44,995 nt of DNA from Clostridia bacterium (lineage in GTDB: Bacteria; Bacillota; Clostridia; Christensenellales; CAG-138). Within the stretch, counting starts at the first letter, position 1, and each line of letters opens with the position of its first letter. This document shows positions 18,215 through 27,382 of this stretch, one piece after another. The notes under the pieces are model-generated. The model saw only the letters and a program-made list of their open reading frames with translations. It ran no database searches and had not been told where the DNA came from. The translations under genes were made by a program, and so were the position numbers. Where the stretch lies: assembly GCA_030527165.1 (NCBI GenBank), contig JAUNBH010000004.1, forward strand, positions 11,241 through 56,235, read 5' to 3'.

Positions 18215-19510
18215 ATGTGGCTGGTCGTACTTGAGCGCTTCATATGTGAACTGGCGCTGTACCAGGTAGTGTTTGGATACCTTGGGTCGTGTTTTAACAT
18301 GAGCAGGGTGATGTACGTGCCGCTTGCTTGCTATGCGGCGGTGTCGCTTGCATGTTGGTTTTTGAGGCGCAAGCGTCTCATAGTGAGGTTGCTGCCGCTG
18401 TTGTGCATACCGGCAGTGATTGCACTCTATACATACACATATGTGGATTTGATTTGCCTCGTGCCGCCGGCGGTGATGGTCATTGTCAACTGTGTCATGG
18501 GCAGATTCGAGCCGGACGCGGACAGTTTCGCGAAGTACTTTGTGCGTGGTTTGTACTTGTTGGTACCGGTGCTGTTATTGTCTATGCTCGCGCCCGGCAA
18601 TATGCCTGCCGAACAGATAACTCTGCCGTTTGCCATCGTGTACCTGGTAGTTGCTGTCATTGTTATGCGGTCGCTGCGTCACGATGAGGACATCATCAAC
18701 CGTCCTTCGTTTATGGCTATAAACGCCGGCGTGGTTATAGTGGTCTGTTTATTAAGCGCTATGCTGTCCACAGATGTAGCGCTCGAGAGCTTCCGCTGGC
18801 TGTCGTATGTCATAGGCCGCGGTTTTGGCTACATACTGGAGGGCATCCGGTATGTGCTTGCGCTGCTGATGATGCCTTTCTTTACGGAGGATTCGGTACT
18901 GTTTGACACTCCTGCACCGTCCGCAACTCCGTCCGGGGGAACGTCGACGCCCGCGCCTTCGCCTACCCCAACGCCCACGCCCGCGCCCCTGCCGGAACCT
19001 ACAGACGTGTTTCCGCCTTGGGTTATGGTGATATTTTTTGTCATAATTGTCGGCGCAATAATGGTAATATTGTTTGTCAAGGGTCCAAACCGTGCGGGCA
19101 GGAAGTCGCTTTGGGAACAGCAGGACGCGAAAGTCCGCAAGAAGGGGGGAGCTCAGTCTTCCGTATTGACGTGGCTCAAGCGCGACACGCCTCAGGACAA
19201 GGTACGGAAGCAATACAAGCGCTATCTGCGAATGGTCAACGATGAGTCGCATGCAATAACGCCGTATATGACGACTGCGGACATCGCGAACAGGGCGGCC
19301 GTCTTTGGGTATGACGCCGCGCTTGGTGAGGAGCTCAGGCGCCTGTACCTCAGGGCGCGATACGCAGGCGAGGCGGACACTTCGGATGCGGAGGCGATCG
19401 AGGCAAAGCGGCTCGTAGACGAAATCAAGCGGCGCAGGCATGAGGCAAAGGCCGAAGTAGCGAGAGCGCTTCGAGAGAAGCGTTCTACGAAAGAGGGACA
19501 CAGCGAGTGA
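18215..19510 (+). CDS. Polytopic membrane protein with Pro/Thr linker and DUF4129-like C-terminus
   Basis: Several TM segments, TPAPSPTPTPTPAP linker, C-terminal VRKQY...MTTADI...LRRLYLRARY. Confidence 0.65.
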   Translation: MWLVVLERFICELALYQVVFGYLGSCFNMSRVMYVPLACYAAVSLACWFLRRKRLIVRLLPLLCIPAVIALYTYTYVDLICLVPPAVMVIVNCVMGRFEPDADSFAKYFVRGLYLLVPVLLLSMLAPGNMPAEQITLPFAIVYLVVAVIVMRSLRHDEDIINRPSFMAINAGVVIVVCLLSAMLSTDVALESFRWLSYVIGRGFGYILEGIRYVLALLMMPFFTEDSVLFDTPAPSATPSGGTSTPAPSPTPTPTPAPLPEPTDVFPPWVMVIFFVIIVGAIMVILFVKGPNRAGRKSLWEQQDAKVRKKGGAQSSVLTWLKRDTPQDKVRKQYKRYLRMVNDESHAITPYMTTADIANRAAVFGYDAALGEELRRLYLRARYAGEADTSDAEAIEAKRLVDEIKRRRHEAKAEVARALREKRSTKEGHSE

Positions 19511-19544
19511 GTCGCGCGTTCTGCGCGAGAAAGCGAGGTAAAGT

Positions 19545-20234
19545 GTGAACGGATACATGGACATGGATAAAAGACTGGAGCGTATAGAGCGTTTACAGCG
19601 CGCCGGCGTTACATTTCTGGATGCGTCTACCGCGTACATAGGCGATGAAGTGAGCGTGGGCGAGGGCAGCGTCGTGTACCCAAATGTCTATATAGACGGT
19701 AAGACCGTCATAGGGCGAAACACGGTATTGCATTTTGGGTGCGTGCTGACGGACACGCGTGTGGGCGACGATTGCGTACTGCGTTACGTCACCGCGAATG
19801 CTGCCACGATAGGCGACCGTGTGACTATTGGGCCGTATGTAAACCTCAGGCCGGCGTCGGTAATAGGCGATGACTGCAGGATAGGCGATTTCGTTGAGGT
19901 CAAGAATTCCACTGTAGGTGCGATGTCGAAACTGCCGCATTTAAGCTATGTGGGCGATTCTGACATAGGCGAGCGCGTCAACGTAGGGTGCGGAACCGTG
20001 TTCGTAAACTATGACGGGCATCACAAGCACAGGTGCACTGTGGGAGACGACGTATTCATAGGCTGCAATACCAATCTCGTCGCTCCGGTCACGCTTGAGG
20101 ACAATACCTACACTGCTGCGGGGTCTACAATAACGCGGGACGTCGGCAGTGGCGAATTGGCGGTCGCGCGCTCGCGACAAGTCAATATTGCGGGTTGGGT
20201 GGAGAGGCACAGGAAGAGGTGCACCTCGAGCTGA
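19545..20234 (+). CDS. Stand-alone GlmU C-terminal (glucosamine-1-phosphate N-acetyltransferase, left-handed beta-helix) domain
   Basis: GVTFLD, IGPYVNLRP, IGDFVEVKNS, KLPHLSYVGD, NVGCGTVFVNYDG, FIGCNTNLVAPV, AAGSTIT; no N-terminal uridyltransferase. Confidence 0.88.
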   Translation: MNGYMDMDKRLERIERLQRAGVTFLDASTAYIGDEVSVGEGSVVYPNVYIDGKTVIGRNTVLHFGCVLTDTRVGDDCVLRYVTANAATIGDRVTIGPYVNLRPASVIGDDCRIGDFVEVKNSTVGAMSKLPHLSYVGDSDIGERVNVGCGTVFVNYDGHHKHRCTVGDDVFIGCNTNLVAPVTLEDNTYTAAGSTITRDVGSGELAVARSRQVNIAGWVERHRKRCTSS

Positions 20235-20255
20235 ATCGATGCCCATTGGCGTGAC

Positions 20256-20281
20256 GGGGCGTGCGTTTGCGCGCCCCTTTT
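20256..20281 (+). terminator. Intrinsic terminator
   Basis: GGGGCGTGC-gttt-GCGCGCCCC followed by TTTT. Confidence 0.7.
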
Positions 20282-20309
20282 GCATGCGTATATACACAGT
20301 ATTATATAC

Positions 20310-20338
20310 TTGCAATGCCGATATACTTGGGCTATTCT
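20310..20338 (+). promoter_or_regulatory. Putative sigma-A promoter of icd
   Basis: TTGCAA-17-TATTCT. Confidence 0.5.
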
Positions 20339-20395
20339 ACAAGCGCAATCGTGCGCAAGCATAGAATAGCCTACGGGCGAAATCAGGAGTGTAGA

Positions 20396-21610
20396 ATGGC
20401 AAAGATTCAGATGAGGACGCCGCTGGTCGAGATGGACGGCGACGAAATGACCAGAATAATCTGGGACATGATCAAGAAGAACCTGCTGCTGCCTTATATC
20501 GATCTAAAGACTGAGTACTACGACCTTGGACTCGTGACGCGTGACGAGACTGACGACCGCATTACTGTTGAAGCGGCGGAGGCAGTCAAGAAGTACGGCG
20601 TGGGCGTTAAGTGTGCGACGATAACCCCCAACGCACAGCGCGTGGAGGAGTACAAGCTCAAGCGGATGTACAAGAGCCCCAACGGCACCATAAGGGCAAT
20701 ACTGGACGGGACGGTGTTCCGCGCGCCGATTACTCTCGACTGCATCAAGCCCACCGTGCGGACTTGGACGAAGCCTATAACGATTGCCCGTCATGCGTAC
20801 GGCGACATATACAAGTGCACCGAATACCGCGTGCCGTCCGCAGGCAAGGCGGAGATAAAGTTTACTGACAAGGACGGCAACGTCACATTCGACGAAACCG
20901 TGTTCGACTTTGACTGCCCCGGCGTGCTCATGGGCATGTACAACAAGGACGATTCCATACAGAGTTTCGCGCGCGCGTGCTTCGAGTATGCGCTATCGAC
21001 GGAGCAGGACCTCTGGTTCTCCACAAAGGACACTATCTCAAAGAAGTACGACCACACTTTCAAGGATATATTCGAAGAAATATTTGAGAATGAGTACAAG
21101 GCCAGGTTTGAGGCGTTGGGAATAACGTACTTCTACACGCTGATAGACGATGCCGTGGCGCGCGTCATTCGCTCTGAGGGCGGGTTCATATGGGCGTGCA
21201 AGAACTATGACGGCGACGTAATGAGCGACATGGTGGCGACTGCATTCGGCTCCCTCGCCATGATGACGAGCGTACTGGTCTCCCCGTCGGGCAATTTCGA
21301 GTACGAGGCGGCTCACGGCACGGTGACCCGTCACTACTACAAGCATCTTGCCGGCGAAAAGACGTCCACAAACTCCATGGCGACGCTGTTCGCCTGGACG
21401 GGCGCACTGAGGAAGCGCGCCCAGCTCGATGATATACCGGAACTCGTGAAGTTCGCTGACGACATGGATAGCGCCGCGATAAAGACCATCGAGTCGGGCT
21501 TCATGACCAAGGATTTGGCTGGCATATGCGAGCTCGATGACGTTACTGTACTCAACACCGAGGACTTCATATTAAAGATACGCGAGGTATACGACGGCAT
21601 AGCCGGCTGA
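20396..21610 (+). CDS. icd: NADP-dependent isocitrate dehydrogenase (type II)
   Basis: VEMDGDEMTRIIW, VKCATITP, KSPNGTIR, ACKNYDGDVMSD, EAAHGTVTRHY; AGGAG RBS before ATG 20396. Confidence 0.97.
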   Translation: MAKIQMRTPLVEMDGDEMTRIIWDMIKKNLLLPYIDLKTEYYDLGLVTRDETDDRITVEAAEAVKKYGVGVKCATITPNAQRVEEYKLKRMYKSPNGTIRAILDGTVFRAPITLDCIKPTVRTWTKPITIARHAYGDIYKCTEYRVPSAGKAEIKFTDKDGNVTFDETVFDFDCPGVLMGMYNKDDSIQSFARACFEYALSTEQDLWFSTKDTISKKYDHTFKDIFEEIFENEYKARFEALGITYFYTLIDDAVARVIRSEGGFIWACKNYDGDVMSDMVATAFGSLAMMTSVLVSPSGNFEYEAAHGTVTRHYYKHLAGEKTSTNSMATLFAWTGALRKRAQLDDIPELVKFADDMDSAAIKTIESGFMTKDLAGICELDDVTVLNTEDFILKIREVYDGIAG

Positions 21611-21693
21611 CGCCATATTGGCGATATACGGGCGATGTGTCACCCGCGGCGCAGGTAAACGTCGATTATCACGTACAATAAGCGAGCTTATAT

Positions 21694-21722
21694 GAGACCG
21701 TCCATCAAGGGCGGTCTCTTTA
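21694..21722 (+). terminator. Intrinsic terminator after icd
   Basis: GAGACCGTCC-atcaa-GGGCGGTCTC followed by TTT. Confidence 0.65.
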
Positions 21723-21796
21723 GCGTCGCGCGGCTGCGAATGCGCGCGCTGCCCCGCTTTAGGCGTGGATTTTTGTGCAGCACAGCGTCAAAATGT

Positions 21797-21825
21797 GAGT
21801 AATGCGGCTTTAACGGCATATACAT
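21797..21825 (+). promoter_or_regulatory. Possible sigma-E promoter of yqfC-yqfD
   Basis: CATATACAT -10-like element; yqfC/yqfD are sigma-E genes in model spore formers; -35 match is weak. Confidence 0.4.
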
Positions 21826-21844
21826 ATGTGACGGAGGTTGTGCA

Positions 21845-22132
21845 ATGAGAAGAATCAAACTTGGCAGGCGTATCTCGCGCGCCATGGATTTTCCCGAAGA
21901 ACTGCTGTCGAGCGAGCCGTGCGTGAAGGTGTTTGCGGGTGAGATGGCTGTAATATACGGGCAGCGCGCCGTTTTAGAGTGCCTGCCGGGCAGCGTGCAC
22001 CTGCTGACGGAAAACGGCGATATACGTCTCCTGGGCGAAAAAATGCACATAATGGCCGTCGAAGGCAGTATAGCTCACATAGGAGGGAAGGTTACGCGTG
22101 TCGAGTTGCATTACGATGGCGAGGATGGATAG
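21845..22132 (+). CDS. yqfC: YabP/YqfC family sporulation protein
   Basis: Size, 'DFPEELL..EPCVKVFAG...IRLLGEKM...HIGGKV' and position before yqfD; GGAGG RBS. Confidence 0.75.
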   Translation: MRRIKLGRRISRAMDFPEELLSSEPCVKVFAGEMAVIYGQRAVLECLPGSVHLLTENGDIRLLGEKMHIMAVEGSIAHIGGKVTRVELHYDGEDG

Positions 22133-22135
22133 CGT

Positions 22136-23326
22136 ATGAGCTCTGGGGTATGGAATTATGTGCTGGGGTATGTTATAATCAGCGTGCGCGGGCGTTCGCT
22201 CGAGCGCTTTGTGAACCTGTGTGTGTCTAAGGGCATACGGGTGTGGGCTATACGGCGCACAAGGGCAAATGAGTTGACCGCGAGCGTCATGTGCGAGGAT
22301 TTCTACAAACTCAAGCCCATACTCCGTCAGAGCAGATGCCGCGTTCACATACTGAGCAAGCACGGCGCGCCGTTTCTGTATGTTCGCAATCGGGCGCGGG
22401 GAATGCTGTTGCTGTCGAGCATAGTGCTGGCGATAGCGCTGCTCGCGGTATCGCGTTTTATATGGGCGATCGATATAAGGGGTTGCGTAAATGTAGAGCG
22501 CGCAGAAGTGCTGACATTACTTCAAGAGCTGGACATTGCCCCCGGCATTACGCGAAACAGCGTAAGCACCTCGAGAATAGGAAACGAGCTGAAGCAGCGC
22601 GACGAACGCATTGCGTGGGCGGGCGCTGAGATTGAAGGCGTAAGGCTTGTTATAGATATTGTGGAGGCGGACGGCCGCTCGCAGCAGGACGCCTCCGGGC
22701 CCAACAGTGTGTACGCCGCCTGCGATGGCATAATAACGAGCATAATAGCCATAGAGGGGAAGCCTGTCGTCACTGCGGGACAGGCGGTAAAGAAGGGCGA
22801 CCTGCTCATTGAGGGCAATCTGGTGGACACTGAGGGAGCTCAGCTGCAAGTTAGCGCTCGCGGCACGGTACTGGCAAATGTGCTGTACACTCTCAGCTAC
22901 GCCTTTCCACCGGATTCGCCGTACATCATGCGAAGCGGTGCAAGCGGCTCTGCCGCGCGTGTCGGCATATTCGGCTGGCAGTTGGAGAGCCGGGATGCCT
23001 TCGCGTCCTCCGAAACCGAATGGTCTCGCAAGGTCAATGTCGAGGGGCTAATGTTGCCCATAGAATTCGAGTTCGGCACGCGGTATGAGCTGTCAGGGTC
23101 GAGCGGAGCGGTTGTCGGTGAACAGGCGCTGCTCAATGCGTCAGAGCTCGCGACGCGGATGGCCTTGGAGGAGATGCCCGAGGACGGCAGGATCATAACG
23201 AAGGTGACAGAGACTGACATAAAGGACGACGGCGCTATCGCGGTAGTCGTCCGGCTGGTGGTTCAAAGAGATATAGGTGTTGCCGGGCCTGTGTTGCGGC
23301 GCGATGTGTCAGGCGACGAGGAGTGA
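22136..23326 (+). CDS. yqfD: Sporulation protein YqfD
   Basis: GYVIISVRGRSLERFVNL, KHGAPF, FIWAIDIRG, IAWAG, VYAACDGIIT, VKKGDLLIEG. Confidence 0.9.
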   Translation: MSSGVWNYVLGYVIISVRGRSLERFVNLCVSKGIRVWAIRRTRANELTASVMCEDFYKLKPILRQSRCRVHILSKHGAPFLYVRNRARGMLLLSSIVLAIALLAVSRFIWAIDIRGCVNVERAEVLTLLQELDIAPGITRNSVSTSRIGNELKQRDERIAWAGAEIEGVRLVIDIVEADGRSQQDASGPNSVYAACDGIITSIIAIEGKPVVTAGQAVKKGDLLIEGNLVDTEGAQLQVSARGTVLANVLYTLSYAFPPDSPYIMRSGASGSAARVGIFGWQLESRDAFASSETEWSRKVNVEGLMLPIEFEFGTRYELSGSSGAVVGEQALLNASELATRMALEEMPEDGRIITKVTETDIKDDGAIAVVVRLVVQRDIGVAGPVLRRDVSGDEE

Positions 23327-23330
23327 TTAC

Positions 23331-24383
23331 ATGGACGAGTTCTACTTCCTTCCCACGGAAAGCAATACATGCGTCAAATATGTTGACGCACAATCCATGG
23401 ACGAGATAATGCAGCTTTTCGGCGCGTTTGACGAGAATCTGACGGTTATAGAGGAAGAGACCGGCGCGAAGATAACTGTCGAGGCGGATAGGATACGCGT
23501 GGCCGGGTCACAGGAAGCGGCGCACGTTGCTGCGACAGTTGTGGACAAGCTGTTCTACATTATCAGGCGGCGGGAGGTTATCGACAGAAGCAGGATCCGC
23601 TATGCCATAGACCTGGCAAAAGAGGGAAACGCGGACTTGATAGCGGAGCTCGTAGACGACGTCATAGCGTTTACTCACAAGGGCAAGCAAATAAAGTGCA
23701 AGACACTCGGCCAAAAGCGCTATGTAAGGGCACTCAAGCAGCATACTGTCGTGTTTGGCATAGGGCCCGCCGGCACCGGCAAGACGTATATAGCGGTGGC
23801 GATGGCGGTACTGGCGTTCAAGAATAAAGAAGTCTCCAGAATAATACTGACGCGTCCGGCGGTGGAAGCGGGTGAGAAGCTCGGGTTCCTCCCGGGTGAC
23901 CTTCAGAATAAAGTCGACCCGTATCTGCGGCCGCTGTACGATGCCCTCTATGACTTCTTGGGCGCCGAGGGCTTCAAGTCGCTGCAGGAGCGGGGCTGCA
24001 TAGAAGTAGCGCCCTTGGCGTATATGCGCGGCAGAACTCTCAACGATGCGTACATAATACTCGATGAAGCGCAGAACTGCACGATAGAGCAGATGAAGAT
24101 GTTTCTGACGCGCTTTGGCGAGGGCTCGCGCGTGGTGGTTACCGGAGATATAACGCAAATCGACCTGCCGTCCGATAAACGGAGCGGATTGGTTCATGCC
24201 GTGGAAATATTGGAAGGCGTGAAGGGCATTGGTTTTGTCGAGCTCACATACAAGGATGTAGTGCGACACGAAATGGTACAAAGAATCGTACAAGCGTACG
24301 ATAAGGCGCAGAGCGGCGTGAAGCTGCGCGGGGCTGCAGAGGATGCAAGGAGGTTGCATGGAAAGAAAGCGAAAGAGGACTGA
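23331..24383 (+). CDS. phoH: PhoH family protein
   Basis: KTLGQ, GIGPAGTGKTY, LTRPAVEAGEKLGFLPG, APLAYMRGRTL, DEAQN, DVVRH. Confidence 0.95.
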   Translation: MDEFYFLPTESNTCVKYVDAQSMDEIMQLFGAFDENLTVIEEETGAKITVEADRIRVAGSQEAAHVAATVVDKLFYIIRRREVIDRSRIRYAIDLAKEGNADLIAELVDDVIAFTHKGKQIKCKTLGQKRYVRALKQHTVVFGIGPAGTGKTYIAVAMAVLAFKNKEVSRIILTRPAVEAGEKLGFLPGDLQNKVDPYLRPLYDALYDFLGAEGFKSLQERGCIEVAPLAYMRGRTLNDAYIILDEAQNCTIEQMKMFLTRFGEGSRVVVTGDITQIDLPSDKRSGLVHAVEILEGVKGIGFVELTYKDVVRHEMVQRIVQAYDKAQSGVKLRGAAEDARRLHGKKAKED

Positions 24384-26523
24384 CGCATTCCGAACGGCGA
24401 TGCGACCGGTTGTTGCGGGCGCACTTGTTTTTGCCGTGTTCGTACTGACTTCGCTGGTTGCGATGGCGATATTGCTTCCGGTGCGATATGACATAAACAC
24501 GGGCGATATAGCGACGACGACTATACGCGCAACTCGTGACATATCAGACGACATAACTGCGGAGCGGCTCAGAGAAGAGGCGAGAAACGCCGTGGAGCCG
24601 ATATACTTTGTAGATGAGGAGCTTATTCTAAGTCTCAGTTCGCAAGTCGAGGCGTTCTTTGAGGCGCTGACGAATGTGCGCGGTCAGGCTCGCTCCATAG
24701 TCGCTTCCACTGACGGCGCCAGTCTTCCGGTCAACGCTCAGGAATGGCAGAGCGCGCTCGGCACGCTCAACGTTCAAACGCTGCGCGAATCAATAACGCC
24801 ATCGCTCTCGCAGGAGCAACTGCTTGCGGTGCTGTCGGCGGACGAGGAAGAACTGTTCGCGTTGGAAAATATAGTAAAGCCCAAAATCAGCACAAATCTC
24901 GAGTACCTCTCGGCGGACAGAGTTGATGCGGTAAAGAGTCTGTGTTCCAGGGAGCTTGAAGCCGCTCAGCTGTCACAGGAGCTAAAGGCCATAGGGAATT
25001 TGCTGTTTGAGGAGTTTTTGCAGCCGACTTATCTCATTGACGAGGACGCGACCGAGGAGGCAAGACGGCAGGCGGCGCTTAGCGTGGATACTTCAAGCTG
25101 TGTAATCGAGAGGGGCGCAATAATCGTCTCCGAGGGCAGCCGTGTGACTACTTCACAGTATGCGCTGCTGGCGGCGCTTGACCTGATCGAGGACGGCGCT
25201 GACGACTCCGCGGTCGTATTTGGCGTGTCGACGTTCCTGTTCTTGGCATTCGCCGCCTACTACATCGTGATGAACGCATGCGCTCCTGACGTCATAAGGG
25301 ACGCCAAGCGCATGCTCATCGTCGTCGCATCAATGGCAGCGTCCATACTGCTCTACTGGGCGTCCAGGGAGCTCTCTGTGTTGTTGGTGCCGTATGTGCT
25401 CACGCCTGTGCTCTGCGCCGTTTTGGTGGACACAAAGACGGCATATGCTACTACGATTCTCACTTCGCTCGTGTTCGCGGTCTGCAGCTCAGGCTCGGCA
25501 GGCGTGTTCTCAGCGGATTCGTTCATAGTCACGGCGGTTTCCATCGCCTCCGGGTGTGCGGGCGTAGCGCTGCTCAACGGGCGCGGCATGTCGCGCACCT
25601 CTATGATGGTGTCCGGCGCTGTTGCTGCGGCTGTGGCTATACTTATGAGCGCCATGGTGGGTGTAGCATATGAGTCATTATTATCCGACGTGCTCATGGA
25701 TTGCCTGTGGGTGTTCATAGGCGTTGCGACATCCATAGTAATATGCATAGGCACTATGCCGCTGTGGGAGCAGGTGTTCTCCCTGGCGACCGAGATGCGC
25801 CTGAACGAGCTGTCGAGCCTCAACCATCCGCTCTTGAAGCGGCTGGAGTCGGAGGCTACGGGCACATACCAGCACTGTTTGAATGTAGGTGCAATGGCGG
25901 AAGCCGCCGCAGCGGCGATTGGCGCAAACGCAGCTCTTGCCAGGGTCGGAGGTTATTATCACGACGTTGGAAAGCTGACGCGACCGAGCTATTTCATCGA
26001 AAACCAGGCGCCGAATTCAAATATTCACGACACGTTGGAGCCGGAAAAGAGCGCGCAGTACATTGCCGCGCACCAGAGCGACGGCGCAGCGCTCCTGACT
26101 AAGTACAAACTGCCGAAGGCGGTTATAAAGATTGCGGCAGAGCATCACGGCAATTCACTCCTCGTTCAATTCTATCGTTTGGCGCAAGAGCGGGCCGCTT
26201 CGGGCGAAACCGTACCCGAGAAGCCCTTCAGGTATACGGGGCAGCGGCCGTCCACGGTTGAAGGCGCCATAGTTACGCTCGCCGACTGTTGCGAGGCAGC
26301 AGTGCGCGCGTTGAAGCAGAACGACCGCGAGGCGATAGAGAAGCGCGTGCGCAGCGTGGTATATGCCGGCTGCAGCGGGCCTGATACCATACTGTCGAAT
26401 TGCCCTCTGACCATGAAGCAGATAGCTGTGATAGAGCGTTCGTTTGTGCGCACGCTCTCCGGAATGAAGCACGAACGCATAGAGTACGCGCAGAGTTCGG
26501 GGACGGCCGGGGGTGATGAGTAG
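24358..26523 (+). CDS. pgpH: 7TM HD-domain phosphohydrolase, PgpH-like c-di-AMP phosphodiesterase
   Basis: Extracellular domain plus multiple TMs, LNHPLL, GTYQH, YYHDVGK, YFIENQ, EHHG, LADCCEAA; synteny with phoH/ybeY. Confidence 0.85.
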   Translation: MERKRKRTDAFRTAMRPVVAGALVFAVFVLTSLVAMAILLPVRYDINTGDIATTTIRATRDISDDITAERLREEARNAVEPIYFVDEELILSLSSQVEAFFEALTNVRGQARSIVASTDGASLPVNAQEWQSALGTLNVQTLRESITPSLSQEQLLAVLSADEEELFALENIVKPKISTNLEYLSADRVDAVKSLCSRELEAAQLSQELKAIGNLLFEEFLQPTYLIDEDATEEARRQAALSVDTSSCVIERGAIIVSEGSRVTTSQYALLAALDLIEDGADDSAVVFGVSTFLFLAFAAYYIVMNACAPDVIRDAKRMLIVVASMAASILLYWASRELSVLLVPYVLTPVLCAVLVDTKTAYATTILTSLVFAVCSSGSAGVFSADSFIVTAVSIASGCAGVALLNGRGMSRTSMMVSGAVAAAVAILMSAMVGVAYESLLSDVLMDCLWVFIGVATSIVICIGTMPLWEQVFSLATEMRLNELSSLNHPLLKRLESEATGTYQHCLNVGAMAEAAAAAIGANAALARVGGYYHDVGKLTRPSYFIENQAPNSNIHDTLEPEKSAQYIAAHQSDGAALLTKYKLPKAVIKIAAEHHGNSLLVQFYRLAQERAASGETVPEKPFRYTGQRPSTVEGAIVTLADCCEAAVRALKQNDREAIEKRVRSVVYAGCSGPDTILSNCPLTMKQIAVIERSFVRTLSGMKHERIEYAQSSGTAGGDE

Positions 26524-26963
26524 TGGTTGACATCACATACCAATGTGAAGGCGTCCCGGATGCGCTGTCGGCGGTAGTCGAGGCGGCGATAGAGGCAGCG
26601 CTTGACAGGCATGCGGCTGTCGGTCAGGTGTCGGTGCTGTTCATGGACGACGGTGGAATCCGGCGCCTAAACTGCGAGTACAGGGGCAAGGATACACCGA
26701 CGGACGTGCTGAGCTTTCCCGCTGCCGAGGGAGGGGATTTGCCGTCATTGCCGGACGCGTTCCTGGGCGATATCGCAATATCATATGACAGAGTGTTGGC
26801 ACAGGCGGAGGAATATGGGCATTCTATTGAGCGAGAGACGGCGTTTTTGGCTGTGCACGGCTGCCTGCACCTGTTGGGCTACGACCACATGACCGCACAG
26901 GACGAGAGCCGAATGTTTGGCGTTCAACGTGAGATACTTGATAAACTGGGGGTTTTGAGATGA
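26523..26963 (+). CDS. ybeY: rRNA maturation endoribonuclease YbeY
   Basis: LNCEYRGKDTPTDVLSFP, LGDIAIS, HGCLHLLGYDH. Confidence 0.96.
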   Translation: MVDITYQCEGVPDALSAVVEAAIEAALDRHAAVGQVSVLFMDDGGIRRLNCEYRGKDTPTDVLSFPAAEGGDLPSLPDAFLGDIAISYDRVLAQAEEYGHSIERETAFLAVHGCLHLLGYDHMTAQDESRMFGVQREILDKLGVLR

Positions 26964-27382
26964 GAACCGTACTGCACGACATCGAGATTAAGAATCTCAT
27001 CAGACAGGCGGATGAGGCAAAGTACAGGGCATATGTGCCGTACTCGCACTTTCGGGTTGGAGCCTGCCTGAAGAGTGCTTCGGGGGCGTACTACCTTGGG
27101 GCAAATATTGAGAATATGTCGTATGGCGTAACAAACTGCGCGGAGAGGACTGCGCTGTTTAGGGCAGTGTTTGAGGGTGAGCGGCGCTTCGAGGCGCTCG
27201 CAGTCATATCGGACAGCCCGAATTACACTCTGCCGTGCGGCGCTTGCAGGCAGGCGCTGTCGGAGTTCTGCGACGCGGACATGCCCGTCATATGTGCAAA
27301 CCGCAGCGGCGGATACGAGGTGTTTGCCTTTTCGGAGCTGCTTCCGCACGCATTCTCGCCGCGCGACATGGAGATAGACTAA
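26960..27382 (+). CDS. cdd: Cytidine deaminase (tetrameric type)
   Basis: AYVPYSHFRVGA, GANIEN, CAERTA, PCGACRQ, ELLP. Confidence 0.96.
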   Translation: MRTVLHDIEIKNLIRQADEAKYRAYVPYSHFRVGACLKSASGAYYLGANIENMSYGVTNCAERTALFRAVFEGERRFEALAVISDSPNYTLPCGACRQALSEFCDADMPVICANRSGGYEVFAFSELLPHAFSPRDMEID

